The position numbers were made by a program, and so were the translations under genes. Of a stretch of 64,000 bases of DNA, positions 8,787-16,592 are shown in pieces. Under the pieces are notes generated by a model that ran no database searches, had not been told where the DNA came from, and was given only the letters and a program-made list of their open reading frames with translations. Position 1 is the stretch's first letter, and each line of letters starts with the position of its first letter. The stretch is from Minisyncoccia bacterium (GTDB taxonomy: Bacteria > Patescibacteriota > Minisyncoccia > Phycocordibacterales > DATDWN01), in NCBI GenBank assembly GCA_049297675.1, contig JBAQUS010000010.1, positions 6,781 to 70,780 on the forward strand, read 5' to 3'.

Positions 8787-9449
8787 ATGTCACGAGTACC
8801 TAGAGTAGATATAGGAGATGAGATTTACCATGTTCTCAACAGAAGTAATGGTCGTGTAAAAATATTCAATAATGACAAAGACTACAAAAACTTTGTAGAT
8901 TTACTGATCGAGACAAAAGAGAAGTTTGATATGAGGATTCTTGCTTACTGTATAATGCCGAATCATTGGCATCTAGTTCTGTATCCAAAGAAAGACGGAG
9001 ATCTTTCAAAATTCATGCAATGGTTATCATTAACTCATACACAAAGATATCATGTTAAAACCGAGACTGTTGGATTTGGTCACCTGTACCAAGGAAGGTA
9101 TAAATCATTTTTAGTATCAAGAGACAACTATCTTCTCCAGGTTATTAGATATGTCGAACAAAATCCACTAAGGGCAAAAATTGTTAAAAGAGCTGAGGAT
9201 TGGAAGTGGGGAAGTGGGTTTAATAGATTTAATCCTTCAGAAAAAAACTTTGTTTCTGAATGTCCGATTGATCTACCAAACGATTATAGACAATGGTTAA
9301 ATGAGGTTCACGAAAAAGATGAATTAGAGAACATTAGACTGTCAGTAGAAAAGAGTAAACCATTTGGTACAATTAGTTGGGTAGATAAAATGGTCGAAAC
9401 TTTTAAATTGGGTTTAACCACAAGACTAAGAGGAAGACCCACGAAATAA
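8787..9449 (+). CDS. REP-associated tyrosine transposase (RAYT; IS200/IS605 TnpA-like HUH Y1 transposase)
   Basis: Has the HUH motif MPNHWHLVLYP and the C-terminal catalytic Tyr helix LLQVIRYVEQNPLRAKIV. It is about 220 aa, typical of the Y1_Tnp family. It is flanked by inverted REP copies at 8741-8758 and 9449-9467. Confidence 0.8.
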   Translation: MSRVPRVDIGDEIYHVLNRSNGRVKIFNNDKDYKNFVDLLIETKEKFDMRILAYCIMPNHWHLVLYPKKDGDLSKFMQWLSLTHTQRYHVKTETVGFGHLYQGRYKSFLVSRDNYLLQVIRYVEQNPLRAKIVKRAEDWKWGSGFNRFNPSEKNFVSECPIDLPNDYRQWLNEVHEKDELENIRLSVEKSKPFGTISWVDKMVETFKLGLTTRLRGRPTK

Positions 9450-9467
9450 TGGTACCTGACACCATTT
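9449..9467 (+). repeat. REP-like palindromic sequence, copy 3
   Basis: aatggtacctgacaccatt overlaps the RAYT stop codon. It is followed by the tandem tacattcatt tacattta. Confidence 0.6.
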
Positions 9468-9502
9468 ACATTCATTTACATTTATCTTGAGGTAAAAAAA
9501 AT

Positions 9503-10723
9503 ATGAAAAAAAATATTCCAAAATTGAACAAAATAATAGGACAATCAAATATAAGTGATCACATTACAACATTCGAGAAGAAATTAGAGGAATTTCTTAA
9601 GAAACACAATAAACCAATCCAATTATCTGTTAATGATATTAAAGATATGGTCTGGAATGATAGGGACAACAAAACTTTAATGAGGCTGGTTTTTTTAATT
9701 GCTGAAAGAAATAATATTAAAGATATAAATATGGTCATGTCCATTCTATCCGAAGCATGGAATAATTTTCCGAGGATAGATATGAACGGATTATCACCCC
9801 AAGAAATGACTCTACGATTAAAAATTGATCCAGATTTTGACTATAAAGATAGACCAGACTTTACACAAATTTTCATTGATGATTTTCCAGAAAAAGATTC
9901 TATAGAAAAAATTAACGAGCATGATTGGCAATGGAGTTTTTCCGGGACAACAAGATTAGATATGGACAAACTAGAATTTATTGATAGTCCAAATAATTTC
10001 AATGATGAAAGTGGTGAATTAGTTGACGAAATATTTAGTCCGCTAAAAATCGAAATGGCAAAGGAACTTTTGTCTGTTAACCCGTTACTTTTCAAGGCAT
10101 CTATCATACTTGCTAATCACGAATTTCAATCTGGATTTTCAAACAGGGCAAAACAAATTCTCCTTGAAACCATAACAAACGCAAAAAAAATGATTCCAAG
10201 CGAATTTGAAATTGGAAAGGATTTGATTCAATGGGGATTTTTGGATAACAGATCATATATCCTACTTTTGGGAGAGCATGCAACTTTAATTGAAGCTGTA
10301 GATGGTATGAAAGCAGCAATACCTCTATATGAAGAGATAGTCTCAATAAATCCAAATGACAATACCGGTATCAGGTCATTTTTAGCAACGGCATATATAG
10401 CAACAAACCAACTTGATAAGCTGTTTATTCTTGATAATAAATATCCGGATGATATGGTTACAGAATTATCAATGGGGACTGTACTTGCTTGGATAAAAGT
10501 TGGAAATTTTGATTTAGCAAAAAAGCGTATCCAAAAGAATAAGAAAATTTGGAAAAATTTATATAGTGAGATTTTAAGTCATGAACACATAAAACCAGAC
10601 TTACTTAGGGATAGGATTTTGATGGGCGGAGAAGATGAAGCATGGTTATACTGGATAAACCAAGGTAATTTTTGGATGACAACAAAGGGAGCAAGAGAAT
10701 TTCTTCAAGAATGCATAAAGTAA
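9503..10723 (+). CDS. Hypothetical protein (406 aa), no recognisable domain
   Basis: A long ORF with plausible codon usage and a GAGGT Shine-Dalgarno 10 nt upstream. No motif recognised. Confidence 0.5.
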   Translation: MKKNIPKLNKIIGQSNISDHITTFEKKLEEFLKKHNKPIQLSVNDIKDMVWNDRDNKTLMRLVFLIAERNNIKDINMVMSILSEAWNNFPRIDMNGLSPQEMTLRLKIDPDFDYKDRPDFTQIFIDDFPEKDSIEKINEHDWQWSFSGTTRLDMDKLEFIDSPNNFNDESGELVDEIFSPLKIEMAKELLSVNPLLFKASIILANHEFQSGFSNRAKQILLETITNAKKMIPSEFEIGKDLIQWGFLDNRSYILLLGEHATLIEAVDGMKAAIPLYEEIVSINPNDNTGIRSFLATAYIATNQLDKLFILDNKYPDDMVTELSMGTVLAWIKVGNFDLAKKRIQKNKKIWKNLYSEILSHEHIKPDLLRDRILMGGEDEAWLYWINQGNFWMTTKGAREFLQECIK

Positions 10724-10748
10724 GAATGATTACTTTTGTACAAAAAAT

Positions 10749-10766
10749 AATGGTACCTGACACCAA
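10749..10766 (+). repeat. REP-like palindromic sequence, copy 4
   Basis: aatggtacctgacaccaa, preceded by the same ataatggtacc context as copy 3. It marks the right boundary of the cassette. Confidence 0.6.
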
Positions 10767-10772
10767 ATAGTA

Positions 10773-11813
10773 ATGAAACTTCTAATCTTTACACAAAAAG
10801 TTGATACAGATGATGTGGTGCTAGGGTTTTTTCACGAGTGGATTTTGGAATTTTCAAAAAAATGTCAGTCAATCAAGGTAATTTGTTTGTATAAGAGTGA
10901 ATTTGACTTACCTGAAAACGTGGAAGTTTTTTCTTTGGGAAAGGAAGATGGTACTTCAAAGATTGGTCAGGGAATAAACTTGTTCAAATATTTATTTCGA
11001 TTGAACGGCTCTTACGACAAAGTTTTTGTTCACATGGATCCCATTTATCTGGTTTTGTGCGGTTGGTATCTATGGATAAAAGATGTACCTGTTTATATGT
11101 GGTATGTGCATAGAAGTGTAGACTTGAAACTAAGGATTGCAACTTTTTTTTCTAGAAAAATTTTCACATCCTCTCCAGAAAGTTTTGGTATAAAGACACC
11201 TAAAGTGGTTTACATGGGTCACGGTATTAACACAGACGAACTGATATATATTGAAAGAGATTTTTCAAAAAAACCCTTGTCTCTGGTTCATCTCGGAAGA
11301 GTTACTCCGATCAAAAATTTAGACACATTGATTTTGACAGGAGCTAATTTGAAAGAAAAAGGGGTAAACGTTTCCGTATCATTTCATGGAGATTGTGTAA
11401 CCGAGACTGACAAAGATTACAAAGCATCTCTTGAGTCTCTTGCTGACACAAAAGGGCTTAAAAACGAGATTATTTGGGCTGGCAAATATAGGCATGATAA
11501 TTTGGCGGAAGTGCTAAAAAATGCTCAAATAAGCCTAAATTTAGCCCCTACAGGGGGTATGGATAAGGCAGTTTTGGAGTCTATACTCATGGGGATTCCT
11601 GTCTTTGTCTCTAATAATGCATTCAACGATCTGTTCGGAGATAATAAGAATCTGTTTGTCTTTAATAACAAAGACCATCTCGATCTCTCTCAAAAAATAG
11701 TCAGATTTTTGGAGCTTGAAAACAAGAAAGAAATAATGAAAAATCTAGACAAAAAAGTCAGAGAAAATTTCAGTTTAACTCGTTTGATAGACAGAATGAT
11801 TGAGACAATGTAA
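10773..11813 (+). CDS. Glycosyltransferase family 1 (GT-B)
   Basis: The N-terminus MKLLIFTQKVDTDDVVLGFFHEW is typical of many GT4 proteins. The C-terminal GGMDKAVLESILMGIPVFVSN matches the GT1 E-x7-E region. Confidence 0.6.
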   Translation: MKLLIFTQKVDTDDVVLGFFHEWILEFSKKCQSIKVICLYKSEFDLPENVEVFSLGKEDGTSKIGQGINLFKYLFRLNGSYDKVFVHMDPIYLVLCGWYLWIKDVPVYMWYVHRSVDLKLRIATFFSRKIFTSSPESFGIKTPKVVYMGHGINTDELIYIERDFSKKPLSLVHLGRVTPIKNLDTLILTGANLKEKGVNVSVSFHGDCVTETDKDYKASLESLADTKGLKNEIIWAGKYRHDNLAEVLKNAQISLNLAPTGGMDKAVLESILMGIPVFVSNNAFNDLFGDNKNLFVFNNKDHLDLSQKIVRFLELENKKEIMKNLDKKVRENFSLTRLIDRMIETM

Positions 11814-11879
11814 TCTATCTAAATATTTTGACTCTTGACTTTTAAACTTATTTGTCTACAATGGAGCTATATCAATACG

Positions 11880-11926
11880 AAAAGGGGTCCGAAAAGTGCA
11901 GGTGCTTAAGGCACCCTTTTCTTTTG
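11880..11926. terminator. Bidirectional rho-independent terminator between convergent genes
   Basis: aaaaggggtcc...ggtgcttaaggcaccctttt cttttg forms a stem (aaaaggg/ccctttt outer, ggtgc/gcacc inner). It is followed by a T-run on the + strand and preceded by an A-run (a T-run on the - strand). Confidence 0.5.
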
Positions 11927-12385
11927 CAAAAATTCTATTTTAGATTTTATGTCTTCTCTTTCTAGAAAATCAAAATAAAAGTTACTCAAATATTTAAATA
12001 ATGATGATGAAAATTTTCGATTTGGGAAAAGTATTTTTTTGAATTTATTTTTCTTTATCAAATAGTCAACTATCTTTATGTAGTCACCATCTCCAGATAC
12101 AAGTATTATTTTATCAAAATTCTTATTATCGATAAGGTTCTTCATAATTTCAAAAACTATATCAGTGTCAACATTTCCTTTCTTTGTTCCCATTAATGTT
12201 GAATCATGTTTTTTGAATGAAATAATAAATCCAGCTTTTTGAATATTATTATATAAATCTTGCTCAGTTTCTGAAACATAACCCAAGAAGTAATACGCCT
12301 CAGTAACCGAATATTTATCTCTCAGGTATGTTCTAAACTTAAAAAGATCTACCCTCCATTCATTTTGGATAGTTCCAAGATGCAA
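11906..12385 (-). CDS. NYN-domain (LabA/YacP-like) putative ribonuclease
   Basis: ILVSGDGDYIKIVDYLIKKNKFKKILFP is the characteristic NYN/DUF88 core. The called start is TTG. The conserved N-terminal motif (N-I-A-F-I-D-G-Q-N) is encoded in-frame immediately upstream (12386-12415), before any canonical start codon. Confidence 0.6.
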   Translation of the reverse strand: MHLGTIQNEWRVDLFKFRTYLRDKYSVTEAYYFLGYVSETEQDLYNNIQKAGFIISFKKHDSTLMGTKKGNVDTDIVFEIMKNLIDNKNFDKIILVSGDGDYIKIVDYLIKKNKFKKILFPNRKFSSSLFKYLSNFYFDFLEREDIKSKIEFLQKKRVP

Positions 12386-12466
12386 GTTTTGACCATCAAT
12401 AAACGCTATGTTGGATTACCTATCTTTTTTCATGCCGAAACTATAGGATAATCTAAACTTCAAAGC

Positions 12467-12475
12467 GTGTATAAT
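12467..12475 (+). promoter_or_regulatory. Candidate extended -10 element (TGTATAAT) immediately upstream of the GT gene
   Basis: The sequence reads gtgtataat at 12467-12475, and the annotated ATG (12478) or the second ATG (12484) follows within 10 nt. This suggests a possible leaderless transcript. Confidence 0.25.
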
Positions 12476-12477
12476 AT

Positions 12478-13545
12478 ATGATTATGAGAGTTTGTTATTT
12501 TGGCACATACGATCCTGCTTATAGCAGAAATAAGATTTTAATAAGAGGACTCGAGGAGAACGAGGTCACTGTTTTGGAGTGTCGGACTGACAAGAGAGGT
12601 TTATCAAAGTATTTTGATCTTTTTAAGAAACATTGGGTTATTAGAAAAGATTATGATGTTATGGTGGTTGGTTTTCCTGGATTTCAGGCAGTCATTCTAG
12701 CAAGATTTCTAACATCGAAACCGATTATTTTTGATGCTTTTGTTTCTATGTATGATTCAATGGTTTTGGATAGGGGAGAAGCCAAGCCTTTTTCTCTAAG
12801 AGCAAAATATTATTGGTGGCTGGATAAAATTTCTATGACATTTCCTGAGGTTGTTCTTTTTGATACACAGAATCACATAGATTTTGTCAAAAATGAATTT
12901 GGCATACAAGACAATAAATTTGTCAGAATTTTTGTTGGTGCAGATATGGAAGTTTTTTTTCCAAAAAAAGAAAGTAAGTGGCAACCAAAGGGAGAGAAGT
13001 TTAAGGTAGTAAGTTATGGCCACTACGTTCCGCTTCAAGGAATGGAGTATGTAGTGAAGTCTGCTTATTTTTTGAAAGATTATGACGATATTGAATTTAA
13101 GATAATTGGCGATGGTAAAGGCAAAGATGACCTAATTAGTTTTTCAGAAGAAAATAACCTGAGAAATATTGAATTTATTTCCAATATTCCACTAGAAGAT
13201 CTGGCTCTACTTATGTCAGAGGCGGATGTATGCCTAGGTATTTTCGGCAACTCTCCGAAGACTAAAAGGGTTATACCGAATAAGGTTTATGAGGCGGTTG
13301 CTTTAAAAAAACCAGTTATAACATCTGATACTCCAGCAGTCAGAGAATTATTTTCTCCAGAGGATTTGTTTCTGATAGAAGTTTCTTCGGCAGAGTCTAT
13401 AGCTAAAAATATTCTTTTTGTGAAGGAAAATAAAGAGGAAGCAGAAAGAAGAGCCGAAAATGCTTACAGTAAACTTCTTGAGTTTGCTTCAACAAAAGAG
13501 TTGGGGTTACAGCTTAAGAAAATTGCCGAAATGTATGTAAAATAA
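12478..13545 (+). CDS. Glycosyltransferase family 1/4-like (GT-B)
   Basis: The N-terminus VCYFGTYDPAYSRNKILIRGLEENEV resembles the GT4/WbuB-like N-terminal pattern. The C-terminal half has an E..A...P GT1-like region (KVYEAVALKKPVITSD). Confidence 0.5.
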   Translation: MIMRVCYFGTYDPAYSRNKILIRGLEENEVTVLECRTDKRGLSKYFDLFKKHWVIRKDYDVMVVGFPGFQAVILARFLTSKPIIFDAFVSMYDSMVLDRGEAKPFSLRAKYYWWLDKISMTFPEVVLFDTQNHIDFVKNEFGIQDNKFVRIFVGADMEVFFPKKESKWQPKGEKFKVVSYGHYVPLQGMEYVVKSAYFLKDYDDIEFKIIGDGKGKDDLISFSEENNLRNIEFISNIPLEDLALLMSEADVCLGIFGNSPKTKRVIPNKVYEAVALKKPVITSDTPAVRELFSPEDLFLIEVSSAESIAKNILFVKENKEEAERRAENAYSKLLEFASTKELGLQLKKIAEMYVK

Positions 13546-13554
13546 AACTATTTA

Positions 13555-13670
13555 TCCCGTCAGAAACCGCGGTCACGAAGTGATATAATCAGTCAAGTAA
13601 GATTTATATTATATTAATTTACATTAACAAAATTACAGATCGTGATGATCGCGACCTGTTTCTAACGGGA
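13555..13670. repeat. MITE-like palindromic element, family 1 copy b
   Basis: Reads tcccgtcagaaaccgcggtcacgaagt ... ttaacaaaattacagatcgtgatgatcgcgacctgtttctaacggga. The left 28 nt and right about 45 nt are near-identical to the copy at 4877-4991. Again the right end abuts the ATG of the downstream gene. Confidence 0.65.
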
Positions 13671-14650
13671 TGAAATACAAAATAACAGTTATTACCCCAA
13701 AGAATAAAAACGATTATTTGACCGATACAGTTATTGACGGTCTTCTGGCTCTGAGAGAGGAGAATTACGATCTAGAGTTTTACATGCCGGATTCTTATCC
13801 AACAGACTTGGAAGTTTTGAGTTTTCGGAAAAGCGAGGGGGATTTTTTTAACTACGCTATTGAAGCGGACATAATTTTATTTGCTTGGGGAAAAGACAAT
13901 ACGAACTATGAACTTGCAGAAAAAATAAATAGATACGAGAGAACTATTTTTATAGATGGATCTGAAATAGGCAGAAATGGAAGATATGATGAGAAAATAC
14001 AAAAATCAATAATTGAAGGAACATATGAGGGTAGGAGCAAAATTGATTTAGAGATGGAGAAAAAATGTACCCAATACTTAAGAAGAGAAAAACCATACTT
14101 AAGAAACATCATTCCTTTTCCTTTTGGAATAGAAAGAAAATATACTAAGCATTACTCAGAAAATACGAAAAAAGATATAGATTTTTTCTGTGTATTTGGA
14201 CAGGACGAATATCCTATAATGCGTAGGGAAGTCAGAGGGACACTAATAGAGTTTTGCAAGAAAAATAATTTTAAATGTTTTACTGAAAAGACTGATAAGG
14301 ATAATTTTTATAGAATGCTCTCTCGATCACGGGTTGGGATTTCTGTCGGTGGGGGTGGTTTTGATACGGCACGCTTCTGGGAGATATTGGGGAACAATTG
14401 CATTCTTTTGACTGAAACGATTGATATCTACGAGCCAAATTCCAATAGACTTAAATATGAGAGAATCAGGCAGTTTAAGGATTTGTCAGAATTTAAGCTT
14501 AAACTTGAGAAGCTTGGGGAGTACTTAAAATCAGAATATGACCAAGATTCACTAAGCTCAGAATATCAAAAAATTATAGTAGATCACTCATCCAAATCAA
14601 GAGTTTTAGAGATAATAAAGAAAGCCAAAGAAAAGGGTATAATTGATTAA
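13670..14650 (+). CDS. CgeB-like glycosyltransferase (Glyco_trans_1_2 / DUF3880-type)
   Basis: The C-terminal RFWEILGNNCILLTE matches the CgeB/Glyco_trans_1_2 motif (R.FE.la.g.lllt). The N-terminal region is not otherwise recognisable. Confidence 0.4.
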   Translation: MKYKITVITPKNKNDYLTDTVIDGLLALREENYDLEFYMPDSYPTDLEVLSFRKSEGDFFNYAIEADIILFAWGKDNTNYELAEKINRYERTIFIDGSEIGRNGRYDEKIQKSIIEGTYEGRSKIDLEMEKKCTQYLRREKPYLRNIIPFPFGIERKYTKHYSENTKKDIDFFCVFGQDEYPIMRREVRGTLIEFCKKNNFKCFTEKTDKDNFYRMLSRSRVGISVGGGGFDTARFWEILGNNCILLTETIDIYEPNSNRLKYERIRQFKDLSEFKLKLEKLGEYLKSEYDQDSLSSEYQKIIVDHSSKSRVLEIIKKAKEKGIID

Positions 14651-14653
14651 GCT

Positions 14654-15556
14654 ATGGATAAAAAATGTTACATCTGCCAGAGTACAACATCTTTTTTTAT
14701 AAGTCAGCAAGGTTTTACTTTTAATAAATGCAAAAACTGCAGTTTGTTTTTTGTAGATCCAATGCCAACTGATCAGGAGTTATCACGAGTTTATTCTCCC
14801 ACAACAAACTACCAGTCCAATAAGATAAGAAAGGATTACAAAAAAGAGAAAAATCTAAAATTTATAAAGATTTTCGATAAGTTGAGAAAGTATGAACTGC
14901 CAAATCAGAAGGTTCTAGATGTCGGAGCTTCAGATGGGGAGTTTTTATATTATGCTAAAAATAATGGATTTGAACCCTTTGGAGTTGAACCAAACAAGAC
15001 CACAGCAGACTTGGCAAATAAAAATAACCTCAATGTTTTTAACGGCTTTTTATCAGATTGTAACTTTTCAAAAAACTCCTTTGGTTTATTAAGACTGGGA
15101 GACGTTTTAGAGCACTCAAATAATCCGCAAAAGCTTATTAATGAGTGTCAGTCCTTCCTGGTTTCAGGGGGGTTACTTGTTGTTTCAATACCAAACATGG
15201 ACTCAAATTGGGTTAGGAGTACTTATTTATTAAAAAAAATATTCAGCATACCCTGGTCAATTTTAGAGCCACCCCACCATTTGTTGTATTTTAGAGAAAA
15301 TAATTTGGATTTATTTATGGACAAGGAAGGTTTTAAGAAAATTACATCATGGTATGATAGACCACCAACCCTAAAATACGAGTTAGGCAACACTCACCTT
15401 TTCGGCAAATTTAATAAACAAAAAAATCTGACAAATTTTCTTCAGTTTTTTTTCGGTTTCTCACTATACACCATTCTCTATTCATTGGATTACATCATTA
15501 CACCTTTAAAGAAAAAAGATTATAGTATGGTTTGTATATACAAAAAAAATGCTTAA
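14654..15556 (+). CDS. Class I SAM-dependent methyltransferase with N-terminal Zn-ribbon (CxxC...CxxC)
   Basis: The Zn ribbon is CYICQ...CKNC. The SAM-binding motif I is VLDVGASDGEFLYYAKNNGFEPFGVE. Confidence 0.75.
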   Translation: MDKKCYICQSTTSFFISQQGFTFNKCKNCSLFFVDPMPTDQELSRVYSPTTNYQSNKIRKDYKKEKNLKFIKIFDKLRKYELPNQKVLDVGASDGEFLYYAKNNGFEPFGVEPNKTTADLANKNNLNVFNGFLSDCNFSKNSFGLLRLGDVLEHSNNPQKLINECQSFLVSGGLLVVSIPNMDSNWVRSTYLLKKIFSIPWSILEPPHHLLYFRENNLDLFMDKEGFKKITSWYDRPPTLKYELGNTHLFGKFNKQKNLTNFLQFFFGFSLYTILYSLDYIITPLKKKDYSMVCIYKKNA

Positions 15557-16592
15557 TATTTATATCCACAAAAAACTTGATAAATTGTCACACATCCCAC
15601 TACTGGACTATTATTTTGGTAGGAGCAATTTAGGAGTAGAAAGATATGGTGATCAAGCCATTGGTCTTTTAAATAAGCAGTTTTTTAATTTAGTAATGTC
15701 TCCAGAAGAAGCGGATTATTTTTTAATACCTCATAATTTCTTTTATATAAAAGACCAAAAGTATCTTGATGATTTTGTTGGTTTATCCAAAAAATACAAC
15801 AAAAAAATTATTATTTTTTCCTATGGCGATTCAGATAATGATATAAATATTCCAAACAGCATCATCTTTCGAAGTTCGCAATATGCTTATAAAGCCAGGA
15901 GAAACGAAATAATAATGCCAGCTATAGCTGATGATTTATCTATAGGATTAGATTTGAGACCTAGACAAAAATCTGAGAAACCAGTTGTTGGATTTTGTGG
16001 TTGGGCAGACTATCCGAATTTTTACAGAGCTATAATCGAAAATATTAAATCAACCGTAGTTAGTTTTAAAAGTGTGTTCATTGGGAACTATTATTACCAA
16101 AAAAGAGGGCTCATGTTTCGAATAGAGGCGATAAAACATCTAAGAAAATCAAATTTATTGCAAGCGAACTTTATTATTCGTGATACATTTTCAGGTAACG
16201 AAAAAACAAGAAAAATAGACCCAAAAGTGGCAAGAGAAGAATATATTAAAAATATCTTAGAATCTGACATGTCCTTGGCTGTTAAGGGAGATGGCAATTT
16301 CTCTATAAGATTTTATGAAATTTTGAGCTTAGGAAGAATCCCTATTCTGGTTGATACAAGTTGTCCTTTGCCACTAAAAGATATTGTTAAATATAGCGAT
16401 TTTTCTGTAAGAGTTGATTCAAAAAATCTCAGCAATCTATCTGAAACAATATTAAAATTTTATACAAATTTGTCTGAAGATCAGTTCATAATGATGCAAA
16501 AAAATGCTAAGATAACCTTTGACTCGTATTTGAGAATCGATCAATTTTTCTCATACACTTTCACAGCTGAATTTCTAAAAAAATTTGACTAG
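15549..16592 (+). CDS. Putative glycosyltransferase (exostosin-like / CgeB-like GT-B C-terminal domain)
   Basis: DYFLIPHNFFY and the C-terminal IRFYEILSLGRIPILVDTS resemble the exostosin/Glyco_trans_1_2 motif. Confidence 0.4.
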   Translation: MLNIYIHKKLDKLSHIPLLDYYFGRSNLGVERYGDQAIGLLNKQFFNLVMSPEEADYFLIPHNFFYIKDQKYLDDFVGLSKKYNKKIIIFSYGDSDNDINIPNSIIFRSSQYAYKARRNEIIMPAIADDLSIGLDLRPRQKSEKPVVGFCGWADYPNFYRAIIENIKSTVVSFKSVFIGNYYYQKRGLMFRIEAIKHLRKSNLLQANFIIRDTFSGNEKTRKIDPKVAREEYIKNILESDMSLAVKGDGNFSIRFYEILSLGRIPILVDTSCPLPLKDIVKYSDFSVRVDSKNLSNLSETILKFYTNLSEDQFIMMQKNAKITFDSYLRIDQFFSYTFTAEFLKKFD

